The translations under genes and the position numbers were made by a program. The notes beneath the pieces are model-generated. The model worked only from the letters and a program-made list of their open reading frames with translations. It ran no database searches and had not been told where the DNA came from. Positions 48,208-58,299 of a stretch of DNA of 64,000 nt are shown here, piece by piece. Within the stretch, counting starts at the first letter, position 1, and every line of letters starts with the position of its first letter. Origin of the DNA: Microthyrium microscopicum (taxonomy: Eukaryota); NCBI GenBank assembly GCA_010405405.1, contig MU004230.1:1026627-1090626 (forward strand), written 5' to 3'.

Positions 48208-49088
48208 TTACGCCCAAGACGTCTTCGGGTGACCTGGCTTTTTGTTTGCCACGTAGATGAAGTTGGCAGCTAGCCGATAAGTACAAAATCTAGAAGTTCT
48301 ATCTGGGGTTCTTACCAACAGGAACAAGGCCATTGTCCTTTGCCCAATCCTGTACTCCATGTCCAGGCTTTCCCGTGCCCCATTTCTTTCTCTCTTTTGG
48401 CTTGGAAGGAGCATGAGTCGAATTTGAAGAGAACGCGATGAACACATATCGGTGATACCAAGTCTTGGGAGGTGGACTTGGTGGTTTGTATTTCATAATG
48501 TCTTTGAGCTCAGCTGGGCCTTGCTTGTCGAGAGATCGGCCATGGACAGCGCTAACATTGCTTACAATCCAATGGCAGAACTGACTCCACTTGTTGTCCC
48601 AATGGGAGGGGGCATCAGGATCAGTCATGGCAACTGTGAACGAAGTATGATGATTGATGTTGTCAGTGACTGCATACTCGGCGCGGAGACCGATTTTAGC
48701 TGGCTTGGATTTGACATCAGAGGGCGAAAGATGGTTTCCGAGCTTGGCTGATTGATGTGAATTGGTCCATTCGACGTCCAGATAGTAGAGTGGCTCGAAA
48801 TCATCAATTACTGGAGGGTTTCAGCGTTCGCTTGACTATGACGACGGAAAGCTTTTTACCAGACGGAATGATTTCAGCTTTAATCAGTCTAGGTATTCTG
48901 TCAACTTGTTGCTCTGAGTCGGAAAAGATGCTGTAACTGTTATGAGATATGATGAGAACCTACTCTTGTTTCACTTCTGATAGTGAAAGCGGGCGAGGCA
49001 GGCCAAGCACAGTCTGGCCAGCGAGAGGACCTGCATAGTTCGACGCGGCCAAAAGAAGGAGAAGGAAGGAAATGAGATGTAAATGCAT
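48208..49088 (-). CDS. PEBP/RKIP-family protein (Tfs1/CPY-inhibitor-like) with predicted signal peptide
   Basis: Four-exon model: MHLHLISFLLLLLAASNYAG..EVKQE / LIKAEIIPS / VIDDF..MTDPDAPS..FCHWIV..YKPPSPPPKTWYHRYVF..GLVPV / AANFIYV. Confidence 0.82.
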
Positions 49089-49562
49089 CTTTGTACTGGG
49101 CTCCAACAAAAGTCCCGTCTCTTGTTAGCCGCAAATATAGCAGTTTCTGAACTCTTGGAGACTTGGAGGAAGAAAGCGGGCAAGGCTGAGATAGACCGTG
49201 AGTGGAGAACGACGTCATGGACTGATGTGATTGGATGCTGGAATTTGGCAGTGAAATTGATGCCAAGACTTCAAATCTGGGCGACTGGGATGCTCCTACT
49301 TCATCTGAAAAAGGCTGCCCCGTGCTTGGTTGCTCGTGTTGTTGCACAGTTGGTTACGCTACTCGCCAGACTCTTTTGCATCAACATCTCTCCAGGCTCC
49401 CACTTTCTACGATCCTCCTCGACTCAACCGCTCGCCATTATATTGCCTTGTCTGCTTCAGTTCTTGATTTTCCTGCCATTGTCTTTTGGTCCTAAACCCC
49501 CCAAGCCAACAAAGTGACGTTGGTGACGAAGCTTCTTGGAACCGCATATATCTCCACCCATC

Positions 49563-52080
49563 ATGACGAGTTTGGGAGAAGATCTATTGCATATTGTCAA
49601 CAAGCTACAGGATCTTGTTTTCAATACCATAGGCAATGATTCCCTCGATCTCCCTCAAATCGTCGTTGTCGGCTCTCAATCCTCCGGAAAATCTTCCGTG
49701 CTAGAAAACATCGTCGGTCGCGACTTTCTACCTCGAGGCAGCGGAATCGTTACGAGACGGCCTCTTATACTTCAGCTCATCAATGTCCCATCCGAAGATG
49801 ATGTTTCTGGTGAAGCCGCGATCCCTCACACTCCTGCCAGTGTAGCAACTCAACAAGAATGGGCCGAGTTCCATCACGTTCCTGGCCGGCGGTGGTATGA
49901 TTTCAGCGAAATAAAGCGAGAAATTGAAGCGGAAACTGCGCGCATTGCCGGGAACAACAAGGGAATCAACAGACAACCTATAAATCTCAAAATATACTCT
50001 CCTCATGTCCTTAGTCTGACATTGGTGGATCTTCCGGGCTTGACAAAGGTTTGTTGATTCGCACCTGTTCAATTCATGAGCTAAATATTTTAGGTTCCAA
50101 TTGGCGACCAGCCTGGCGACATTGAAAAACAAACCCGAAATCTCATCACCGAGTACATTGCGAAACCCAACAGTATCATTCTCGCCGTGTCTCCTGCAAA
50201 CGTTGATCTCGTCAACTCTGAGGCTTTAAAACTTGCTCGACATGTTGATCCTATGGGCAAGCGGACAATTGGCGTACTCACCAAGATCGATCTCATGGAC
50301 CATGGCACAAATGCCATGGACATTCTTTCTGGTCGCGTTTATCCCTTGAAGCTGGGATTTATTGGGGTGGTCAATCGGTCGCAGCAAGATATCTCGGGCA
50401 ACAAATCTCTTTCTGATGCTCTACAATCGGAACGAGATTTTTTCAAGCACCACCCAGCATATCGGAATATGGCGAATCGATGTGGCACTCAATTTCTGGC
50501 CCGAACTTTGAATACTACGTTAATGACCCACATTCGGGAGCGTCTGCCGGACATTAAGGCTCGGCTTAACACACTCATGGGCCAAACTCAACAAGAACTG
50601 GCTAGCTATGGAGATGCCGCATTCACCGGTAAAGAGCATAGGGGTTCTCTCGTTCTACAATTGATGACCAGATTTGCGTCATCTTTCATCGCCTCCATTG
50701 ACGGTACATCTTTTGAGTTTACTACAAAAGAACTGTGTGGTGGAGCAAGAATATACTATATCTTCAATTCTGTGTTCGGAAACTCATTGGAAACCATCGA
50801 TCCCACTCAAAACCTTTCTGTTTCTGACATCCGGACCGCAATCCGCAATTCGACTGGTCCTCGCCCAAGTCTCTTCGTCCCAGAAATGGCTTTTGATCTC
50901 CTCGTCAAGCCTCAGATCAAGCTACTTGAGATACCAAGTCAGCGATGTGTGGAGTTAGTCTACGAAGAGTTGATAAAGATTGGGCATACCTGCGGCTCGA
51001 CAGAGCTCAGTAGATATCCACGACTACAGGGCAAACTAATTGAGGTGGTGTCCGACTTATTACGAGAACGCCTGGGCCCATGCTCTCACTACGTCGAGTC
51101 GTTGATTTCAATCCAGCGCGCGTACATCAATACCAATCATCCTAATTTCCTGGGCGCGGCCGCTGCCATGTCCTCCGTGATCAGCGATAAACAAGATCGT
51201 GAGAAGAAGGCCATTCTCGCTGACGAAAGAAAAAAGCGCGACAGACGGCGTCAAAAAGAGCTCAATGGTCTGAACGGAGTGGAAACTCCAGAAGAGGAAG
51301 AAGATGCTGATTTAGGCGCCGATAAGAGCCGAGCGCTTCCGATAAGAAATAGCAAAGCCAGTAGAAGCATGTCGCCAGCAGTCGGCAATAGAGCCCTTAA
51401 TGGATCTCACGCTCTCATGAGTCCCGGTCGAGAAAGCGGCATGGCGGGAGGACAAGCACACTCTGCTCGTGATAGTTTTTTGAACTACTTCTTTGGAAAG
51501 GAAGGCGGACCTCACGGATCACTTCCAAATGTCTTATCCCCTAGCATGAACGAGCGACCAGGCAGTAGGCATGTTAGCAACAACATCGAGCCAAGTTTCG
51601 CCAATAGCATTCGTAGAGGCGACACTAGGGTGCAGGAGCGAACGATCTCCGAGTCCGTTACAGATTATGGCGAATATAACCAACCAGATTCCATCATGGT
51701 AAGTACCACTCATATCCAGAAACCGCATTGCAAGGATTACAAACTGACTCGATTTTGTTTAGCCTTGGGACCACGAAACAACTCCAGCGTTAACGGAGCG
51801 CGAGGCGCTAGAGACAGAACTGATTCGTCGATTAATATCATCGTATTTCAACATCGTCCGGGAATCGATCGCCGACCAAGTCCCCAAGGCCATCATGCAT
51901 TTATTGGTCAACTTCTCGAAGGACGTTGTTCAAAACCGATTGGTCTCATCGCTCTACAAGGAGAACTTGTTTGAAGAGCTGCTGTACGAAGATGATACAA
52001 TCAAGGCCGAGCGTGAAAAGTGCGAGAAGCTTCTCAGCACGTACAAGGAAGCGGCAAAGATTGTTGGCGAAGTGTTGTAA
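49563..52080 (+). CDS. DNM1: Dynamin-related mitochondrial fission GTPase Dnm1
   Basis: Exons 49563-50048, 50094-51698, 51763-52080. [20 protein letters not shown], middle domain, SFLNYFFG in insert B, GED ([13 protein letters not shown]). Confidence 0.95.
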
Positions 52081-52482
52081 CGAAATCAACTAGAGACGAA
52101 TGATGGGTCAAACAGTGTACAAAATCGGCGGGCTGGAATGCCTTTATTTCTTTTGGGTCTCAACTCAATCTGGCTTGCAAAGGGCTCTGTTACATTACGC
52201 TTTCTTGTGGCTACTAGTCATGGATATTCATCAGCAACTCAGCTGCTCATGTAGAATATTGAATCTCATTTCCTCTTATCCCAGACAAACCATTTGCACA
52301 TGGACTCTTGACCAAGTCGCGATCTGAATTGGTCTTTGCTTTAAGTCTTTCGTGACAATCTGCGGTCTAACCGATGATAACAGTAACGTCGTCCATCGAA
52401 GATGAGCTTTGCGGAGGTAGCGTAGAAAGCTAGGCCGAGCTTCGTAATATCTTTTGAGCAGCATGAACATTTCAGAGCATTT

Positions 52483-52900
52483 TCATCTGTGGCCACGCTC
52501 ATCATCGCCGCCTCGGCCTCCTCCACCACCACCGCCACCTCCGATTCTCTCAAGTGCTTCCAGCATTACGACAGAGTTGCCGCGAATGACCTATTAAAAG
52601 ATCAGTGATGTATAACAAGTTCTGTCATCAGCAACTTACCACCATCCCGATTTGAACCTTGTCGCCATTGGCCTTTTCCTCGACAGCTTCGTCTAGAACA
52701 ATATTCAGAAAGACCTGCGGTTTGATTAGTTGCTGGAAGACATGCTAATAATATGATTTGCAAAAGAGGAAACAGTTGGGCGGTGTGCTTGTACTTACGT
52801 CGTATCCGCGCAGTATTCCAATGACTTTGCGGCTTCCATTTAGTTGAACGAAGAGGCGCTTCTCGAGGTATTTTTTGAGTTCAGGCTGAGGGGGTGCCAT
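52483..52900 (-). CDS. SMX2: Small nuclear ribonucleoprotein G (SmG)
   Basis: Exons 52900-52799, 52714-52640, 52590-52483: [34 protein letters not shown] / [17 protein letters not shown] / [16 protein letters not shown] plus a Gly-rich tail. Confidence 0.93.
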
Positions 52901-53285
52901 GGTGGGTGTATTTGTTGATGGAGTTTATTCTGAAATGCGCTGCGAAATAGAATTATTCTTTGGCTTGGAAGTTAGGCGACAAAGATGGCAGGAGTGCACG
53001 GGACTAATACAAAGCGCTAGTATGTTCTGGGTGTGTATATTTCAATGCTAGCCTTGGCGCGAGGCGCGTCAACTGTTCTTAGAGCCTCAACCTCTCGTGT
53101 TTTGGCGTTCAATCTTCACCTCTAAATATGCACGACTTCCTTAATTATTGATGTATTTACCTTTTGGTGGGCACGTTGCCCCGCTTCCTCAGGTCTCTAT
53201 CTCGTTTTCCTAATTATAGTTTGTCCTACCAATTTCAATTACCACCGCGTCGAGTATTGGCGCGAACAGAGCAGAATGCCTAACG

Positions 53286-56200
53286 ATGGAGACGACTGAC
53301 TCTCCCAAATCGTTTCGATTCCGCTTAAATTGCATAGATCAATACCAGGCGACACCAAGCTGGTTGGATCCCGATTTAGCGACTGTTGGTCAATTCGATG
53401 CGCCAACAGTCCCAGTTATACGCATCTTTGGAGCCACAGAGACAGGCCAGAAAGTGTGTGCCCATATCCATGGCGCATTGCCATATTTATATGTGGCGTA
53501 TAATGGTAGTATTGAGGTAGATCAAGGTAAGATGGCTTTTCTAGAACCGACAGGTAAATTTCTCACGATTCATATAGTGAAAACTTATATACAAACTTTT
53601 GCAACCTCCACCGATCATGCTCTGGCCCTTTCTTATCGTCACGACGCCTACCAAAAGCGGCCGAAGAGTTATGTTGCGCACATATCGCTTGTAAAAGGTG
53701 TACCTTTTTATGGCTATCATGTTGGATATCGTCATTTTCTCAAGGTTTATCTCCGCAACCCAGCCAATATGACCCGGCTTGCAGACCTTCTTGGTCAAGG
53801 AGCGATTCTATCTCGACCAATGCAACCATTCGAAAGTCACTTGCAGTATCTACTCCAATGGATGTGCGACTACAATCTCTATGGTTGCGGGCTGATTGTG
53901 TGTAAGAAAGCTTTGTTTCGCCAGCCATTTCCAGAATCAGTGGACCCTCGGTCCTATATTGGAGCGCGGGAGCTGGATCCTGTTCTTGACTCTCTTGACT
54001 TCCCACGCCAATCGCATTGTGCGATTGAGGTTGACATTCAAGTCCAAGACATTCTGAATCGATTTGATGTACAGCAACGCAACATACACCAAGACTTTAA
54101 AGAGCGTCTGCTCAAAACAGGTCCAACTGACAAGTTCGTTCCTTCTATGGCCGATCTTTGGCGCGACGAAACCATCCGGCGCAAGAAAAGACTGGGCCTG
54201 AATTCCATGGATCCTAGTCCTTTCCCTCCGGAAGCATTAGCTACCATGAGTGCAGACTCTCGATTGACTAGAGGCAACTGGGTACACGAAGAAGAACATC
54301 TTGCGACTATAGACAACATCATCGAGGCTGAAAGAAAGTCAGAGAAACCAACCTTTGAAAGTTTCCTTCAATCGCAATTGAGAGACAGCAGCGCCAAATC
54401 GGTCTACGACAGTGTAGAGGACCTCTACACGGGCAATATTGCTTCCTCTTTGTTCTACCAGTCTATCCACCAGCAAAACAAAGCGGCAACTCAGCCTAAT
54501 GTAGACGAGAACGCTATAGGAGAACTGAACGACGTTCTAAACAACGAGGCACCCCAAGAAGAACCGGTCAATATATTAGCTGATGATGTCAAACCTATTG
54601 CATTGGTGTCGCGGAGTAAGTCAGGTATCAGCGAGGTTGGTGGGGAGTCTAATCACACCCATACGCGCCCACAAGACAACGCAAAAGCGGCTACACAGTT
54701 ATCGCAGGCCAGTATCAAGGCTAGCGGAACATCAAAACAGCGTGTCGTCTCCTTTGCTGTGACAAAGCCCAATTCAGGACAGTCGCCAGTCGAGAGAACC
54801 CCCTTGAAGCGCCATAATTCTCTGCCTGAGCTAGATCAACGGCCAAGCAAGATTGTGCGAATATTTCCTTCAACAATGGACGTGGGAGGCAAGCTTCAGA
54901 TTCAGCCCGAGCCGGTTCAATCTCAAGATGCTACTTTCCCCAAATGTGCTCACTTGAAGCTCGCTCCCGGTGCGAGGCTCATGCTCTTCCATCGGCCATC
55001 ACCTTCACCAAGCAGTATCACGTCCAAACAGTTTGAAATGGACCCCACAGCAACGAAGTACAAGGCCGCGTTCTACAGCGTAGCCTCTGATGCGAAGGAT
55101 CAGCCGAACGTCCGACCTGTAGAGCCACTATATGACGGGTTTTCTGATCTGGATGTCGGTCGTAAGGTGCATGAACTAAATGTGCTCATCGGTTCCGCAA
55201 CGGAAGACCAAGCCAAATCAGACAAATCAGAGAGTCGGAAACGGAAGAGCGACGATAGCTCATTTAGGTGCTGGCAAATTGGTAAACCACCGCCGTCAGT
55301 TGCTTTTGTGAACAAATGGGTTCTCAAAAAGGAAGCAAACCACCAGCTACTTACCAAGGCGCCTCAAACCCTAAACCCGCCGGTCAAAATCAAAGAGCCA
55401 AAAGCCAAGAACAAGTCCAAAGGAAAGAAAAAAGCCAAATCTAAAGCGAAAGCTTCCAAAAAGAAACAGCCAGCGAATGGGCACTCAAGTCACAAACAGG
55501 GTACCCAATACATGAGCGTGATGAGCCTGGAAGTTCACGTACGAACACGAAAAGACTTGGTTCCCGACCCGGCGGAAGATGAAATATGCTGCATATTCTG
55601 GAGTGTCCAGATGGAAGCCGCCAGCACTCAACTTCGGAGCGGTATAATCATGGTTGTTTCTGAAGATGAGTCATCAGCTCAATTTGAGCGGCTTGTAGGC
55701 GCTGAGATTCACTATGAAACATCTGAACTTGATGCTATCAATAATTTGGTCGACATCGTCCGCGATATAGATCCTGACATTCTATGTGGCTTCGAAGTCC
55801 AAAAGTCAAGTTGGGGATATCTCATTGAACGTGCGCGCCTCAAGTTTGAATTTGAGGTCTGCGATGAGCTATCTCGAGTCAATTTTGGTTCCAAGGGACG
55901 TTTCGGCAAAGATGTTGACAGATGGGGATATACCAAAACTTCAGCTATACGCATAACTGGTCGGCATATGATCAACATTTGGAGAGCCATGAGAAGCGAA
56001 TTGAACTTACTCCAGTACACGATGGAAAATGTTGTGTTCCGCGTGCTGCACAAACGCATTCCGCACTACAGTTTTGAAACTTTGTCGAGGTGGTTCGAAG
56101 AGTGTCCTCTCCGAGATGTTGCCAAAGTCCTCAATTATTTCCTCCAAAGGACTCAATTGAATCTGCATCTTCTTGGAGGAGTTGATCTAGTGGCCAAAAC

Positions 56201-58178
56201 GAGTGAGCAGGCACGCCTTCTGGGTGTCGACTTCTTCTCGGTCATTTCCAGAGGCTCCCAATTCAAAGTCGAGTCGTTGATGTTCCGAATTGCAAAGCCT
56301 GAGAGTTATGTTCTCGTCTCTCCCAGCAGGAAACAAGTCGGTCAGCAAAACGCGTTGGAATGCCTACCATTGGTCATGGAACCTCAAAGCAACTTCTACA
56401 ACTATCCTGTCCTAGTCCTTGATTTTCAGAGCTTATATCCCAGTATCATGATCGCGTATAACTACTGTTACTCGACATGCCTGGGACGTGTCTCAAGCTG
56501 GCGAGGTCAGAACAAGATGGGCTTCACAGAATATGACAGAGAGTCTGGTATATTAGAGTTGCTTGGCGATCAGGTCAACGTCGCTCCCAATGGAATGATA
56601 TACGTTCGTCCAGAAGTCCGGAGGAGCCTGCTGGCCAAGATGTTGACCGAGATTCTCGAGACAAGAGTGATGGTCAAAAGTGGCATGAAAGAAGACAAGA
56701 AGGACCGCGCTCTGCAGCGACTGTTGAACAACAGACAGCTTGCATTGAAACTCATTGCAAATGTTACATATGGCTATACATCGGCGTCTTTCAGCGGAAG
56801 ATTGCCATGTGCAGAGATTGCCGACAGCATTGTGCAGTCTGGCCGCGAAACTCTCGAAAGAGCCATAGCAATCATTCATGCAGAGGAGAGATGGGGCGCC
56901 GAGGTTGTCTACGGCGACACCGACTCACTGTTCGTTCACTTGAAGGGCAAGTCGCGAGAAGAAGCATTTAAGATCGGGAAAGATATCGCTGACACTATCA
57001 CGAAAGCCAACCCACGGCCAATGAAGCTCAAGTTTGAAAAGGTATACCACCCATGCGTTCTATTGGCAAAGAAACGATATGTCGGTTACAAATATGAGCA
57101 TCCTGGTCAGCAAAAGCCGGAATTCGACGCCAAAGGCATTGAAACTGTTCGCCGAGATGGAACGCCATGTGAACAACGCATTGAAGAAAAATCTTTGAGG
57201 CTGTTGTTCAGAACCCGAGATCTCAGTCGAGTCAAAGCATACTTCCAAAAAGAATGCTCCAAGATCATGATCGGCCAAATCAGCATTCAGGACCACATTT
57301 TCTCTCGCGAGGTAAAACTGGGTTCATACTCCGAAAAAGGCCCTCCTCCCCCTGGCGCCCTCATTTCCACCCGCAAAATGCAGGACGACCCGCGAAAGGA
57401 GCCGCAATATGGGGAACGTGTGCCATTTGTCGTCATTGCGGGTCCTCCTGGCTCCCGACTCATGGATCGATGTGTTGACCCCGACGTCTTGCTTCACGAC
57501 GACCAGGTTGAGCTTGATGCAGACTACTATATCTCCAAGAACCTGATACCACCCTTGCACCGGATCTTTTCCCTCGTTGGCGCAAATGTGAAGGGCTGGT
57601 ACGACGAGATGCCCAAAATACAAAAGTTGCGAGCTCTTCAGCTTGACCCAATTAGTGATGGAGATTCTGCACCTGAAGAAAATGTGACCGGCAAAAAAGC
57701 TCTCGAAGCCTATATGAATGAAAAGTGCTGTTTTATTTGCTCAGCGCAATTCTCAATGTTCGACGACATGGATGATGTATCAGACTCTTCAGACAACGAG
57801 GCAACTGACGACGAGGATACAAGAGGATGTGAATCAAAGCAAACAAATAACGATGCTATCACCGATGACGAGCGCTACAGCTTCAAAAACCTTGAAGGAG
57901 TTATTTGCAAAGACTGTATGCGTAATATACCTGCATCTACGCATCTGCTGTATACTCAACAAGCAGCTCAGGAAACAAAGGTCAAACAGATCGACAGCCT
58001 TTGCCAGCACTGCGCTAGGCTGGATCACGGCGAATCCGTTGAATGTGATAGTAGAGATTGCCCTGTCTACTATGTCCGGACCAAGGAGACAAGTAATCTC
58101 AGGTCACTCCGCACTAAGGTACAGGTTCTGATGCGCAAGGTACGATCGGATGGGAATGGTAATGATGAGCTCTTTTGA
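53286..58178 (+). CDS. REV3: DNA polymerase zeta catalytic subunit
   Basis: B-family motifs LDFQSLYPSIMIAYNYCYST, KLIANVTYGY, YGDTDSLF; Rev3-type RGSQFKVES and KGIETVRRDG; C-terminal Cys clusters. Probable 51-nt in-frame intron at 53527-53577. Confidence 0.96.
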   Translation: METTDSPKSFRFRLNCIDQYQATPSWLDPDLATVGQFDAPTVPVIRIFGATETGQKVCAHIHGALPYLYVAYNGSIEVDQGKMAFLEPTGKFLTIHIVKTYIQTFATSTDHALALSYRHDAYQKRPKSYVAHISLVKGVPFYGYHVGYRHFLKVYLRNPANMTRLADLLGQGAILSRPMQPFESHLQYLLQWMCDYNLYGCGLIVCKKALFRQPFPESVDPRSYIGARELDPVLDSLDFPRQSHCAIEVDIQVQDILNRFDVQQRNIHQDFKERLLKTGPTDKFVPSMADLWRDETIRRKKRLGLNSMDPSPFPPEALATMSADSRLTRGNWVHEEEHLATIDNIIEAERKSEKPTFESFLQSQLRDSSAKSVYDSVEDLYTGNIASSLFYQSIHQQNKAATQPNVDENAIGELNDVLNNEAPQEEPVNILADDVKPIALVSRSKSGISEVGGESNHTHTRPQDNAKAATQLSQASIKASGTSKQRVVSFAVTKPNSGQSPVERTPLKRHNSLPELDQRPSKIVRIFPSTMDVGGKLQIQPEPVQSQDATFPKCAHLKLAPGARLMLFHRPSPSPSSITSKQFEMDPTATKYKAAFYSVASDAKDQPNVRPVEPLYDGFSDLDVGRKVHELNVLIGSATEDQAKSDKSESRKRKSDDSSFRCWQIGKPPPSVAFVNKWVLKKEANHQLLTKAPQTLNPPVKIKEPKAKNKSKGKKKAKSKAKASKKKQPANGHSSHKQGTQYMSVMSLEVHVRTRKDLVPDPAEDEICCIFWSVQMEAASTQLRSGIIMVVSEDESSAQFERLVGAEIHYETSELDAINNLVDIVRDIDPDILCGFEVQKSSWGYLIERARLKFEFEVCDELSRVNFGSKGRFGKDVDRWGYTKTSAIRITGRHMINIWRAMRSELNLLQYTMENVVFRVLHKRIPHYSFETLSRWFEECPLRDVAKVLNYFLQRTQLNLHLLGGVDLVAKTSEQARLLGVDFFSVISRGSQFKVESLMFRIAKPESYVLVSPSRKQVGQQNALECLPLVMEPQSNFYNYPVLVLDFQSLYPSIMIAYNYCYSTCLGRVSSWRGQNKMGFTEYDRESGILELLGDQVNVAPNGMIYVRPEVRRSLLAKMLTEILETRVMVKSGMKEDKKDRALQRLLNNRQLALKLIANVTYGYTSASFSGRLPCAEIADSIVQSGRETLERAIAIIHAEERWGAEVVYGDTDSLFVHLKGKSREEAFKIGKDIADTITKANPRPMKLKFEKVYHPCVLLAKKRYVGYKYEHPGQQKPEFDAKGIETVRRDGTPCEQRIEEKSLRLLFRTRDLSRVKAYFQKECSKIMIGQISIQDHIFSREVKLGSYSEKGPPPPGALISTRKMQDDPRKEPQYGERVPFVVIAGPPGSRLMDRCVDPDVLLHDDQVELDADYYISKNLIPPLHRIFSLVGANVKGWYDEMPKIQKLRALQLDPISDGDSAPEENVTGKKALEAYMNEKCCFICSAQFSMFDDMDDVSDSSDNEATDDEDTRGCESKQTNNDAITDDERYSFKNLEGVICKDCMRNIPASTHLLYTQQAAQETKVKQIDSLCQHCARLDHGESVECDSRDCPVYYVRTKETSNLRSLRTKVQVLMRKVRSDGNGNDELF

Positions 58179-58299
58179 ATAATGCTAAGGCTATGTTGGG
58201 ATTTAATGATGCATAATGATACCCAGGTTCTTTTAGGGATGCATTGGCTGGTATGCCAGGTTTTTCTTCTCAGTATCAGTAAGAATATTTTCGAGGCGC

